From assembly GCF_006345805.1 (NCBI RefSeq), contig NC_043000.1, positions 116,994,001 to 117,058,000 on the forward strand: 64,000 bases of DNA, in the 5' to 3' direction. Positions 25,995 to 39,268 of this stretch are shown here, piece by piece; within the stretch, counting starts at the first letter, position 1, and every line of letters starts with the position of its first letter. This DNA comes from Octopus sinensis (Eukaryota). The notes beneath the pieces were generated by a model, which was not told the DNA's origin, made no database searches, and was given only the letters and a program-made list of their open reading frames with translations. The position numbers and the translations under genes were made by a program.

Positions 25995-26195
25995 TTTTAA
26001 AAAAACGGAGAAAAAGATAAGAAAAACAAGAACAAAACAATAATGTGAGGACGTAGTTCATGCAAGATATTAATGAGACGCTCAGAGAAGGAAAGAAAGA
26101 ATGGTTGTTTAACGTTTCGCGCAAAGCTCTTCTTCAGAAACAGGACACTGAAATGTCCAAAAGAAAAAGGAAAGAGGATCGCCAACAGTCTGCAT
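25995..26195 (-). mobile_element. Short hammerhead-bearing repeat (Penelope pLTR-like), paralogous to 35695-35865
   Basis: Shared blocks gaggacgt..catgcaa, acgtttcg.gc.aagctctt...cagaaacagga, atcgccaa. Confidence 0.7.
26106..26142 (-). ncRNA. Minimal type I hammerhead ribozyme motif
   Basis: TGTTT-CTGAAGA-A-GAGC-TTT-GCGC-GAAA-CGT-T-AAACA; canonical core, one stem II mismatch. Confidence 0.7.
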
Positions 26196-26475
26196 GTAGT
26201 TACGTTTTACACGACGGGCTTCTTTTAGTTTTCGCCTATCAAATCCACTCACAAGATAGTTGCCCAAGGTGCCATGCATTGGGACTGAACCCGGAACTAT
26301 GTGGTTGTAAAGCAAACTTCTAACCACACAGCCACGCCTGTGCCTTTCATTTAAATATATTTGATATCGCAACTTTTCTTCGGACACATAGAATTTTAAG
26401 AAGCTTTGTATTTGCGTGTATACAAGCGCAGCATGTGTGTGTGTGTTTGTGTGTGTGCCTCTGTGTGTGTGTGTT

Positions 26476-26509
<34 letters not shown>

Positions 26510-27088
26510 CGTGTGCATTCGAATATAACTTCCAAACCGCTTGTACATACAAGTGCTGCCGGTTGGAAGTTCCGCATACCGGACAGTAAGAGGCTTATAG
26601 GGTCATTCATCAGGAAAGAATGGGTGCGGCTTCAGGACCCTCCTCTCGATAGCATTATTATGCATCGGCCCACTTCACTCAAATGAGGACCCCATTTGCT
26701 AGATTAACTTGTTACTAAGCTTCACCCAAAATCCTTCTAGCCACTGCTTATCGTCGCTTTGTAACCAAATTGAGCATATATAATACACACACTTGCATAC
26801 ACATACATATACAGTTACAGAGTGAGAGAGAGAGAGAGAAAGGGAGAGGGAGAGAGAGATAGTCAGATAGAGATATGAGTGATGGTTAATGACAGATTAT
26901 TCCTTTTTCACTAATATATTAGCAGTATTGATGTTCACTGATACATGGTGATCGTACCGGTCAAGATAATTATAGCAGGATAATGGCGATGGTGTGAGGA
27001 ACGCAGACTTGAACAGTCTAACGAACGAATATGGCGGAGAAAGAGAAGAGTGAGGGATAGAGCGGGAGAGAGAATGTGATAGAGAGAG

Positions 27089-27119
<31 letters not shown>

Positions 27120-27383
27120 CGTGTGTGTGAGTGTGAAGAACGGAATATCGACAAACGACACACACGCCGATGTTTGTTCTCTTGTATGTTACTTAAACAA
27201 ATATTGCAATTCACGGAATTATTAAAAGAGATATTACTATGAATGAAGTTGATTAAAAAATAATTAAAATCTGAAAAAAATATAGAAAAGTATGAACGAT
27301 AAAATTTCATGAGAGATTATCAATGTGGGAAAATAAAAGATGGATTTTGTTGTATTGTATATTCATTATGTATGTGTGTGTGT

Positions 27384-27418
<35 letters not shown>

Positions 27419-27449
27419 GAGACAGACAAATAGACAAAGAGATACATGC

Positions 27450-27480
<31 letters not shown>

Positions 27481-27510
27481 AATTATTCAATATAAATATA
27501 TATATAATAT

Positions 27511-27550
<40 letters not shown>

Positions 27551-27586
27551 TGCAAATATATATGTGTGTGCGTGTGTTTGCATATG

Positions 27587-27618
<32 letters not shown>

Positions 27619-28329
27619 AATAATACATACACATATATATGTGTGTGTGTTGTTTTTGCTCATTTCTATTTGAAAATATATTTTATATATCCTTTATATT
27701 CAATATTTAATATCTTTCAACGATTATGTTTTCTTTTTTTTTCTGGTTTGTTTTTTGTGTTGTTTACAGTTTTGTTCTTTATTTGTATTTTTACTTTCTG
27801 TTGCTCTCTGGACGTCATATTATTTGTTTGGAACACAACAAGCTTCCTACAAACTTCCTTGCTTGCTTTTCTTTCGCTTGTATTTCCTGAACAAGAAGCA
27901 TGGTTATAAATATACTTTATTAATTAGCCAGATTCTATGCACCAGGAAACATCCTCATTTTGCTTCTGCTAATTCTTCGATTTCTTAAACAATTATTATT
28001 GATTGTTTGATACCATCAGCATGTTTATTTGCTTGTATGTGGAGTTCATGACTGTTGGTTGAATCTCTTGCAATGATAATTCTACCACCTACTTTTGGTA
28101 AACGAGACTTCTTAGTTTTCCTCACGCTGGTGAATATTATCAAAGCAATTTGGATTCTGAACATGTTTCAAAACGGAAAAGATATGTTTCTCTCATTGCA
28201 TTCCAGTGCCATCTGAAGCGGAGGGCGAGGGCAGTTAAGGAGTGATTCTCTCTGGTGGCAGTGTACAAGTGTATCACTGTATAAATGTTGAAACCGGTAC
28301 GAGTGAGAAGGCTCTTATTCAATTCTGCC

Positions 28330-28914
28330 TGGAAATTGGAGTCTGCGGGAAGTGGAGGTTATTACATTGTTTGGCACTTTGTACGTATGTGTTTTTAAGT
28401 AATATTTTCAGGGATTGCTGTATTACGTTCTGGACTCACATACATATGTTCTGAACTCACATAGAATTTTCAATAAAATTTTTGGTTTTGTTAAACGAAG
28501 TTATAGTAAAAAAAAAAACTTCTTGAGAAACCAAATAGTCTTTATTTTCTTCCTTCATGCCAAGTTTGAAGAAAATATCTCTTTTGCATCTTACTTTTTT
28601 GGTCTCCTAAACATACTGCATTTTGTGGCATTATTTCAAGCCAGCCGGCTTTTTTTGCGCAAACTACACATGCATTTTTGTCGCGTAATCGTAGTATCGA
28701 TCGCAACAGCTGATGTACTTGTGCGTACAAAATGCACGTTCTCACGGCTTTATCGATTGCATTCTCACCTGGAATCGATTTTTGTAACTTTTTCAAAATT
28801 TATACACGCCCTAATACCGTCGGTATCTACATATCAAATTTGAGCGCAATTGGATGGAGGATGCCCTAGATCCTAGAAGACACAGACAGACAGGACGGAT
28901 TTTATATAATAGAT
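28330..28914 (+). mobile_element. Degenerate Helitron/HINE-like element
   Basis: 3' end atcaaatttgagcgcaattgg...gacagacaggacggattttatataatagat has the same architecture as the 41505 and 42248 copies; 5' boundary unclear. Confidence 0.45.
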
Positions 28915-29229
28915 TGGATTGCGGTGCCGCTGGGAGGGCATTGTCGGCCCTAAAAACCTATACAGGTATGGTTGTACCGTCAACCAATGAGAGGGATGCA
29001 AATCAATTTAAAGCCCAGTTCAGCCGTTCATGTTGATGTTCGATATTCAACTTGTCAGACAGCTATTCTTAGTTTATGTATCATATAGAACTGTAGCTTC
29101 GTCTGAGGCGATTTCTAGAGTAAAATACTTAGCACACACACAAAAACAGACACAGACACACACGTGCACACTCACACACCAGTACTTTCTCATCGTTCGG
29201 GAATCTTTGCAGATGTCGCAGCAAATAGG

Positions 29230-29395
29230 ATCATAGACTGTTCAATACAACAATGATACAAATATAAAGAAATGGGAAAACAAAAAGAAATTGTTAAAAA
29301 ATATCAGCAAATACTCAGAGAAATGAGAAAACTATGGCACATGCAACGAAAATAATCACTTCTGTCATAGAAAACGCTAAGAGCAATACCATACG
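29230..29395 (+). mobile_element. C-terminal fragment of an RLE-type LINE ORF
   Basis: KEIVKKYQQILREMRKLWHM resembles the K..KY..L..E...LW motif of R4/NeSL-type endonucleases. Confidence 0.4.
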
Positions 29396-29636
29396 ATGGT
29401 TCATGTGAGTGATAGATATCGATAGTGTGTGCCATGTAGTGGAACGAATAAGTCTGTCATTCTGTATATTGTAAGATTCCCTCGAACAAGTCTTTATGGA
29501 GTATTATTGCCAATCAATGTGAAAACATGACCTCTATTCACACGATCACGGTCAGCGAAAACATGACAATAGCAGAATATAATAGAGTGGCTGTAATGAA
29601 ATACTAAACAAATATGTGTGTGCGTGCGTGTTTGTT

Positions 29637-29673
<37 letters not shown>

Positions 29674-29693
29674 AAGCATATATATATTTGTAC

Positions 29694-29737
<44 letters not shown>

Positions 29738-29913
29738 GTGTGTATGCATATATTTATATATATATATATAGAGAGACAGAGAGAGAGAGTGAGAGAGAGA
29801 GAGAGAAAAGAAAGAAAGAAAGAAAGGGGTGGACGACGGAAGAGAGATGAAGAGACGAGAAGAGAAGGAGAGAGACAGAGGGACAGATGGGGAGTGGCAG
29901 TGATAGATATACT

Positions 29914-29967
<54 letters not shown>

Positions 29968-30127
29968 CATACAAGCACTGTGAGGGAGAGAGGTAGAGAA
30001 ACAGAGAAAGACAAAAGAAAAGACACTGTTCAGTGCTTTTATTCGGACATTATTATCGTTTTCCAAAATTTTAAAGCATTAAATAAGCAGGCAAAAATCA
30101 TTCATCTTCGTATTAACTTATTGCAAA

Positions 30128-30514
30128 ATATATCCTTTTTCACTGTAGGCATAAGGTTCGAAATTTTGGACGAGAAGGGCAGTCGATTAGATCGACGCCT
30201 GTACGCAACTGGTACTTAATTTATCGACCCCGAAAAATGAAAGGCAAAGTCGACGACGGCGGAATTTGAACTCAGGACGTAACGGCTGGCGAAATACCTA
30301 TTTCTTTACTACCCACAAGGGGCTGAACACAGAGAGGACAAACAAGGACAGACAAACGGATTAAGTCAATTATATCGACCCCAGTGCGTAACTGGTACTT
30401 AATTTAACGATCCCGAAAGGATGAAAGGCAAAGTCGACCTCAGAACGTAGCGGCAGACAAAATACCGCTAAGCATTTCGCCCGGCATGCTAACGTCTCTG
30501 CCAGCTAGCCGCTT
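30128..30514 (-). mobile_element. Dimeric family A SINE
   Basis: Head-body-tail1, junction gaaataggtatttc (30291-30304), second B box/body, tail2. Confidence 0.88.
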
Positions 30515-30563
30515 TAATACTTCTGAATATTTTATACCACAGATGATAGGTATAAAACAAAAC

Positions 30564-30870
30564 TGAAGGTGCGTGGCTCAGTGAGTAGGGTATTCCGTTC
30601 ACGATTTTAAGGTCGTAATTTCGATGTGTCCTTGAGCAAGACCCTCAATTTCACGTTGCTCCAGTTCACTCATCTGGCTCAAATGTGTAAAATCTGTATT
30701 TCAAAGAGCCGACTTTGTCACATGCTGTTTCCCGCTGAATCTCCCTGAGAACTATCTTACAGGCACGCGTGTCTGTGGAATGCTCAGCACTTACACGTTG
30801 ATTTCATGAGCAGGATGTTCTGCTGGTCAGATCAACTGGAAAACCCGTCGTAGCAACTGACGAAGTGCCA
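30564..30870 (+). mobile_element. SINE: C head + C tail, older copy
   Basis: tgaaggtgcgtggctcagtg...gtgtccttgagcaagac...gacgaagtgcc. Confidence 0.88.
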
Positions 30871-31484
30871 GAATTAAATCATAAAGGTAGTTGTTGGCTT
30901 TGAGCTAAAACATGGCATTAATATCGGGCCTCACCATTTTTGACTATCTCGGGTGAAGTACGACATTGCTTAATTAACACAAGTTTTAAGGATGATTATT
31001 AAATGAATGGAATATTAAGCATCAAGTAAATCTAAAAGTAATAATAATAATAATGATCGTAAATGCATCAACAGGTTCGAATTTATTTTCCTGAGCATGA
31101 TAACTATTTTGATATGGATCTGCCTATCACTGCCTCTAGTCCTATAATACAAAATCTTTCATTAGTTTTCGAATTAAAAGCAATAGTTGGCAAAAGGGAA
31201 GAGAAATAATGCATAAAACATTTTGTTAAGATGATATGAAATTTTGTTGGAAATCTCAGATCAACATGATTTTAAATCCATGACTTAAAATATTTATTTT
31301 CACTGAAGCTACATTCGTTGAGAAAACGGACCAATATTTTGTACATTATAAATGAATCAACATCATTATCCTCGTTTCGTATTATCGTTTCTATTTAAAG
31401 GAATAGAAAAAAATATTCAGATTTGGATAGTTCAGAGTGGCAAATGGTGTTTTAGCGATATGAAAATTAGAAGCAGAAATAGCG

Positions 31485-31531
31485 CAGAGAGTGAGTGAGA
31501 GAGAGACAGACAGAGGCAGAGAGAGAGAGAG

Positions 31532-31590
<59 letters not shown>
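31485..31590. repeat. (GA)n microsatellite
   Basis: Direct reading. Confidence 0.95.
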
Positions 31591-32467
31591 CAGACAGGTA
31601 GAACTATATAGAGTGTGTGTGTACGTGTCCTTGTTTGAGAGTGAACCGGATGACACAAAGATAATCTTGAAACACTTTATGAACTGATGTAAATTGAAAA
31701 TAGTAAAACTCTTCTCTTTCTATAAGAAGTCCTCAACGAAGGTACTTCATCGGTCAGTCCACTCTCGTCTCTGACCCTCTTCATAAGAAAGGATCAATAG
31801 CTTCATTAAATCTCACTATATGTTCATTAACATAGGAAATATATGACTTTTGCAGAGATGTTCGAATGCAATAAAAATTTGTAACTATGTTTTTGTGTTG
31901 CCTCTCGCTTAAGCTATGTCCTTCGTATTATTCAAATATTTCTGATTCTACTCTAAGTCTCCTTTCTCTGTAATAATCGTTACACTGTTACGTAATACTT
32001 CAAAGCAAGAATCTTTGAAGTTTCAGCTTTTTAAACAATAGAAATGTGCATAGCTTTAAGTGTATATTTAATGAGAAAATATTACCGCGTGTGTTCACTT
32101 TCTGTTTGTACACGATGATTACAAACTTACAATGAAAACTTGTATTTTGTTAGAATTAGTTCTGATATCGCTTCTAATGATATTATAACACCTTGCCAAC
32201 TCAATGTCTTTTCCATATAATCTCATGGAATTCAAACATAATCCCTTGTTTGTCAGTTATTTCTTGACTGTATGTAATTTTCTGATAACAACGACGACAA
32301 AAAGAAGCCGAAATGCTTCCCACTGAGAATCTACCAAGAGCATTATATCATGTTCGGTCCTTGCTCAGACTAATATATTTGGGTTATATCTGGGGAAATG
32401 TCTGTGGATTCTTTTATATAAATAATATAAAATTCAGTCATAATAGATTAACCAATCAATATAAAAG

Positions 32468-32730
32468 TGGAGGCGCGTGGCTTAGTGGTTAGGATGTCAG
32501 CATCATGATCGTAAGACTGTGGTTTCGATTCCTAGACCGGGCGACGCGTTGTGTTCTTGAGGAAAACACTTCATTTCACGTTGCTCCAGTCCACTCGATG
32601 GCAAAAATTAGTAATGCTGCGATGGAGTGGCGTCCCGTCCAGCTGGAGTACGCATACGCCATTGAAACCGGGAAACTGGGCCCATGAGCCTGGCTAGGCT
32701 TTAAAAGGGCGCATTTATTTATTTATTTTT
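32468..32730 (+). mobile_element. Chimeric SINE: C head + V-like tail
   Basis: CORE-like atttcacgttgctccagtccactc joined to gctgcgatggagtggcgtcccgtccagctgg...gcctggctaggctttaaaagggcgca(ttta)n. Confidence 0.88.
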
Positions 32731-33492
32731 AATCAGTATAAAATCGAAAGATTACACAATATAAGGAAGTTGTAGTCTCATATGATGGCGTTTGTATTTA
32801 ATTCAAATATTCATAGACTGATGTTGCAATGAATGCAGATGGCCAAGCTAAAGTTAATCGCAAAATATTCACTAAAAACAACTCAAAGTTCTATATCAAT
32901 ATTAAATGCTTGCAAAATTCGCCATAGTCTTGCAAAAACTCGTTTATAACAAGAGCTACAGTAAATCTCATAAAAACGATTCAGGAGAAACAAAGTCTTA
33001 TATGATGCGCTAGGGATTTGTTGACTGTCAATTAAGGAAGGGATACAATAAAAGGTTATGAACACATTGTTGGAAATAAATAATTCACTTGGTCTAGTGA
33101 TTTCAAAGGTACGCAAAGTCGACATATCCAAATAACGTATGTGCAGTTAATATAATTTATGTATATTACGTCCAGCTTAACTTATGTTCTGCAAACATGT
33201 CGATGACAAAAAGTTTTTGGAAATCATCTTAGGAATTCAGAATTTTCGAAACTGCTTTCATGGTATTTTAAAGTCTGATAAATGTCATTTTCCTTAGGCG
33301 ATTTTGGCTTCTTATTTTTGTTTTTGCAACATAGGTCGCATTTAAAGAAAAAAAACATTAAAAGCAAAAGAGAAATGATGTTGCACTTTTAATATTTGAT
33401 ATAATTTGTGTTTGTACAAGTATACATAAAATGTGTGTGTGTGTGTCTGTATGCGTGTTTGTGTGTGTGTGTGTATGTGTGTGTGTGTGTAG

Positions 33493-33690
33493 CTTTTATT
33501 TTTCATCTTTTACCCGCTTCAGTTATTTGACTGCGGCCATGCCGGGGCACCGTTTTGAAGGATTGTAATCGAGCGAAGCTAGCGTAGCATTCACTCTGTC
33601 TCTTTTGCAGAAATGCTAATTTACGGGGACGTAAATACACCCGAACAAACAAGCACATACACACACAGACACACACACACAAACACACAC
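33493..33690 (-). mobile_element. Family B SINE 3' fragment
   Basis: ttcagttatttgactgcggccatgccggggcacc. Confidence 0.75.
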
Positions 33691-33861
33691 AAACACAGAC
33701 AGACAGAGGCAGAGAGGGATAGCTAGTAAAAAAGAAAGAAAGAAAGAAGAAAGAAAGAAAGAAGAAAGAAAGAAAGAAATACACATAGATAGATACTTAT
33801 GTATATGTATCTAAGTATCTCTCTCCCTCTCACTTGATATATATATATATATTATATATAT

Positions 33862-33907
<46 letters not shown>

Positions 33908-34688
33908 CATACATACATATGTATATATGTGTGTATGGGTGGCAGGGTATCATATATATGTATGTTTTTGTACGTGTCTGCGCGCGCATGCGTCTATGCA
34001 TGTAATTCTCTCTCCTTTTTCTGCCGTTTATTTCTCTCTGTGCATCTCATCCTTGAGTTACAATGCCTTTCTTTAGTAGCTTCTACCAACGTTAACGAGG
34101 TCGTAAGGTGATAACGTTAGAAATACTTAAGTACAAACCAGTTTTCTCTTTCCTATCGTTATTCTCCTCATTTCGGCTTCGTAGTCTAAGCTACGAAGCT
34201 AAAATAAGAATCTACTTTCAATAAGAACTAAAACTTTATAATTCTTCAGAGACGTTATTAGGTATCAGTTGAACATACAGATCTTGATATCCAGCTTGAG
34301 ATATTTCGTTTCAATGGCGAACAACATTTATGTTCTGAGAAAAAAGTATTAAATACACGGTATTCCGTTTTCATATTTGCACATTATGGACGACACATTT
34401 ATTTGTGACATCGTGAATGCTATTATCTTTACTTTTTATATCTTACTCGTTTGATTGTGGCCATGCTGGGGCATCACTATGAAGTATTTAGTCGAATAAA
34501 TTGAAATGAGTGATTTTTTTGTTTTTTTCTTAAAGTTTGGTGCTTATTCTATGAGTCTCTTTCGCCAAACCTCTCATTTAAGGAGTGTAAACAAACCAAT
34601 ACCGGTCGTCGTGAGAAACACAAGCGCAAAGACACATATATAAACACACATGCAAACATATTCGCAAACACACACGCGTTCACACACA

Positions 34689-34726
<38 letters not shown>

Positions 34727-34752
34727 GGCTTCAGGTGAATCAGGTACTTAAA

Positions 34753-34831
<79 letters not shown>

Positions 34832-34910
34832 ATATATGTTCAAGTACCTGATTTGTTTTCGTATTTGGTTTGCAAGATTCTTTATGTGAGTTCGTTGTTG
34901 AAGCATATTC

Positions 34911-35169
34911 TGTTGTGTCTGGGGAGTGTCATTCTCTTTTGGTGCCTTATACACTCACCAGTAAAATTTCCACTTCTTTCTTTCCTTTTTTTATTTTTCT
35001 AAAATGTTCGTTGCCTCTTGCAAACTTTTCAATAGTTTTCAGTCAAAACTATTAAAAAGGTTACAAGACGCAACGAAAATTTTAGAAAAATAAAAAAGAA
35101 ATAAGTGGAAATTTTACCGGTGAGTGTGTTAAATTATAAGGCACCAAAAGATAATGAGTCTCCCCAGAC

Positions 35170-35175
<6 letters not shown>
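34911..35175. repeat. ~265-bp imperfect palindrome
   Basis: 34911-35013 is the inverted copy of 35071-35175; the spacer also pairs (aatagtttt/aaaactatt around cagtc). Confidence 0.9.
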
Positions 35176-35239
<64 letters not shown>

Positions 35240-35308
35240 ATTTATGCATGTATGTATGCATGTATGTATTGTAGGTGTATGTATATGTGTATATATATAT
35301 ATATATAT

Positions 35309-35344
<36 letters not shown>

Positions 35345-35622
35345 TTCAGTAACTGAGGTTCAGTTGAATTAGGTACTTAAGTTGAAGTACCAAGTCAGTC
35401 CGGTATTATCCGCGGAGCTCGAAGGTGAATAAACTCAAACTAACAAGATTCCAAGTAGTAATACAGTACGCCCGTTTCAAACGACTCCGTTTAATTGAAC
35501 AATGCAATCATTACATCAGTTTTAAATACAGCGCTATCTTCTGCTGCAGAAACATGGAACTTTAACAGACAAGATACTTTAATTATAATTTTTCTTAAAT
35601 TTTTCAAGAGAGCAGGAGGATG

Positions 35623-35674
<52 letters not shown>

Positions 35675-35694
35675 GTGTGTGTGTGTGTGTGTGC

Positions 35695-35865
35695 GTGAAA
35701 AATAAAACAACGCGAGGACGTGATACATGCAAAGTATTGGCAGATGTTCAGCAAAGTAAAGAAAGTTGGTTTTACGTTTCGAGCGAAGCTCTTCAGAAAC
35801 AGGAAGAAGTCCAAGAGAAAGAGAAGACGGTAGAAAAAAATCGCCAAGGATTCACATGTGATTAC
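35695..35865 (-). mobile_element. Second copy of the 25995-26195 hammerhead-bearing repeat
   Basis: GTTT-CTGAAGA-GCTTCGCTC-GAAA-CGT-A-AAAC at 35769-35800 (-). Confidence 0.7.
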
Positions 35866-36027
35866 ATTTTGAAATTTATCGTCTGTTAAAAACATAAATC
35901 CGAAAGAAGAAGCACACTCTAAGCTCTAAGATGTAGATAGCGATGTAATAATTGCACTCTTCAATTAGATGGAGTTGCTTGAAACAGTCGTACTGCATTA
36001 CAACTTGAAATCCAGTTACATATTTTG

Positions 36028-36088
<61 letters not shown>

Positions 36089-36090
<2 letters not shown>

Positions 36091-36260
36091 TATGCGACAG
36101 GCCCCGACACAGTTTTCGTCCCAAATTAGCCGACAAGGCATTTGTCAGGTCAGGGCTATAATAGAAGACAATTGCCAAAATGCCACGCATTGAAAGTGAA
36201 CGCAACAACGGGTAGTCGCAATGCAAGCTTCTTAATTACAAAGCCAGGTCTGCGCTTGTA
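36089..36260 (-). mobile_element. Family B SINE head, degenerate
   Basis: gggctataatagaagacaattgccaaaatgccacgc. Confidence 0.7.
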
Positions 36261-36577
36261 GAGTATACTGCAGAACAATATAAAACATTATAAAATTTTC
36301 CTCCGCCAAGGAGTCGGAATTCCTAGTTACTTTGCGCCATGACTACGAATCAAAATGGTGGAATTAATTACTTCGTAGTTCGTTAAATTATCATTCCTGG
36401 TTCAGCCCTGATCAATATGATCCAAGGGTCCATATGGCCCTTGGGCTTCCGTATAAGATTTTGTTGTTAAAATTTATCTCCAATATTTTGGTTATACTTC
36501 TTTCTACAATACAAAACATATTTTAACCATTTTCTAATACAATTCCTAATAATATCTGATTATAAAAATATTGGAGT

Positions 36578-36934
36578 GGAAGCACTCCGTCGGTTACGAC
36601 GACGAGAGTTCCGGTTGATCCGATCAACGGAACAGCCTGCTCGTGAAATTAACGAGCTGAGCACTCCACAGACACGTATACCCTTAACGCAGTTCTCGGG
36701 GATATTCAGCGTGACACAGAGAGTGACAGGGCCGGCCCTTTGAAATACAGGTACAACAGAAACAGGAAGTAAGAGTGAGAGAAAGTTGTGGTGAAAGAGT
36801 ACGGCAGGGATCACCACCATCTCTGCCGGAGCCTCGTGGAGCTTTAGGTGTTTTCGCTCAATAAACACTCACAACGCCCGGTCTGGGAATCGAAACCGTG
36901 ATCCTACGACCGCAAGTCCGCTGCCCTAACCACT
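36578..36934 (-). mobile_element. Chimeric SINE: D head + C tail
   Basis: D head ~36750-36934 joined to C tail 36581-36750. Confidence 0.9.
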
Positions 36935-37775
36935 TTTAAAACATCGAATGGTTATAGGGGTCCATCCGGGTAAAATAGGATTCATTGGGCTCTGCAGGAA
37001 AAATGGTTGAGAACCTTTGAAATATGGTTACGATCAAAGCATTGAAGCTATAATAATCCATCGTTTTCTTATTGCTTTTCTCTGTCTCTAGGTGCCTGTT
37101 GAATATGGCTGTCTCTTTTTTTGATGACGGGTGGGCAAGACATTTGGTTGCTATTTCCAGCAGTTAGAACAATAACGTAAAAAATAATTTATTGCAACGT
37201 AACCTGTTAACTGCACTCTAGATTTATAAGGCAGCTGAACGATTAAATTCCCTTAGTTTCAGAAAACAGCGAATATTATTTCGGACAAAAATCGTGCTAA
37301 GTGGATACCTTGTATAATATGGATTTAACTACCTCCAGCTTAAAGCTCCACAAACGTGAATTAAACATCACGTATGTAACCTGCATGTGATTCACGAGGG
37401 GATTAAATAATGAAATAAGTTTACAAAGTGATCAGTGTTTGACATCAAGCTTTACTTTCTCTAATAAATTTCTTGCGTTTAATCAAAGCCAACCAATACT
37501 TTATTTACCATTAGTTACACCTATACAGCATCATTTACCTTAACGAGAAACAAATCAAATATTAACCTAAATCTAGGGACAGGTATCCAAATTCTATCTG
37601 AAATAATAATTGCTTTCGTTGACACGAAACCATGGACAGAGAGATTTGTAAAATTAAACAATTACTAGAATGCATGACCGTTGAAAATGAGGAGTACAAT
37701 AGGGACTTTCCTTAGCATGTTTCTACTCCGGGAACTACGCATGTGAATAACGCATATGCCTGTATGTGTATGCGT

Positions 37776-38076
37776 GAGGGCGGTGAGCTGGCAGAAATGT
37801 TAGCACGCCGGGCGAAATGCTTAGCGGTATTTCGTCTGTCTGTACGTTGTGAGTTCAAATTCCGCCGAGGTTGACTTTGCCTTTCATCCTTTCGGGATCG
37901 ATTAAATAAGTACCAGTTACGCACTGGGGTCGATATAATCGACTTAATTCGTTTGTCTGTCCTCGTTTGTCCTCTCTGTGTTTAGCCCCTTGTGGGTAGT
38001 AAAGAAATAGGTATTTCTTCTGCCGCTACGTTCTGAATTCAAATTCCCCTTGTGGGCAGTAAAGAAATAAGAAATA
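37776..38076 (+). mobile_element. Family A SINE with partial tandem restart
   Basis: Full copy, junction gaaataggtatttc at 38004-38017, then B box and a repeated tail. Confidence 0.9.
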
Positions 38077-38880
38077 GTTATGTGTATGCGTGAGTTTGGT
38101 AAGAGCCGTATAGCATCAGTTTATTCATGTACCATGAATGCACTTGAAAGAAGGCATAAAGGAAGAAACTCCAATAAAATTCTTACTGCGGAAATGCCTA
38201 GAACTGACTAACAACCACCAATCCCTATACCATTTTAACATTCTAACAGATGTTTCCAATTTGGAGTTCGAAAAGTGTAGTAATTTTGACACGGCTATCC
38301 CTAAATTTGTTAGTCAATCGTAAGCAATCTTTATTGAATTTTACCCTCCGTAAACAAATATTATTCATAAAAGAGGTTTTCATACAATAATACTTCTGAA
38401 AATGTAGAAGTACAGAAATTAATAAAAAAAAGTGGGACATACGTAGCAGTAAATATGTAATAAACTATATAAATTGGACATGGGCGATCGTTGTATTCCT
38501 TCTTGTCCTGAGGTTCACAGCCAAACGGCTGAGTGGATTCGCGTGAAAAATGGCACACATGTGGTGACGGGTGCATAGATTGGAATGCGGTTTGTATTTT
38601 TTTCCTAGCCCCCATAATTACCGAGAAAATCGATTAAAACTTTTTCTAATGGAATTCCCCTGTTTGTTCCGCCATTAAAACAACCAGTTGCTTACACAGC
38701 CAGCATATACTATTTCGCTAGCAACAAGGGGAGTACAGGATGGCAGTCAGCCAAAACTTTCGCTAAGCTGTCTCTTTTCTTTTACCTCTTTTTGGAGTTA
38801 ATAATCTTAATCTTTCTTTCTCACCCTCTTTCTCTCTCACATACACACACGCAAGCACGCACGCAACTCTCACACACACG

Positions 38881-38980
38881 CAAGCATGCACACACACACG
38901 CAAGCATGCACACACACACGCAAGCATGCACACACACACGCAAGCATGCACACACACACGCAAGCATGCACACACACACG
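38881..38980 (+). repeat. 20-bp minisatellite, 5 perfect units
   Basis: caagcatgcacacacacacg x5. Confidence 0.98.
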
Positions 38981-39268
38981 TCCATTTCATATATCTTTTT
39001 TCAATTTCTGCTCTCTGCAAATAAAATTTTTACGGATACAACTGCTTACAAAAATAGGGAGTCGTTTCGCTCTTAAATTGGTGTTAATTACACCAGTAAT
39101 GTTTAAAATTATATAAGATAATAAATCATAATTTAATGTTTACGTACAGTTTATTGTTTGTGTTCATAAACACACACACACTCACACGTATATAGATACA
39201 AAAATTAACGCGTGTACCCACAATCTAAAACACACACACGCGCACACACAAACGCACATCACATATAT

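Larger units (their letters stand above)
25755..26345 (-). mobile_element. Family B SINE with a second element nested at its internal microsatellite
   Basis: B 3' body ~25755-25975, B head ~26195-26345, foreign segment between. Confidence 0.85.

Noticed and set aside
31705-31747. Possible 15-nt micro-exon (ttctctttctataag / aagtcctcaacgaag / gtactt)
   Set aside because: Short pyrimidine tract and weak donor; expected by chance in 64 kb
34185-34215. 9-bp hairpin gcttcgtag/ctacgaagc next to a minus-strand GAAA
   Set aside because: No CUGANGA-type core on the other side; an isolated hairpin
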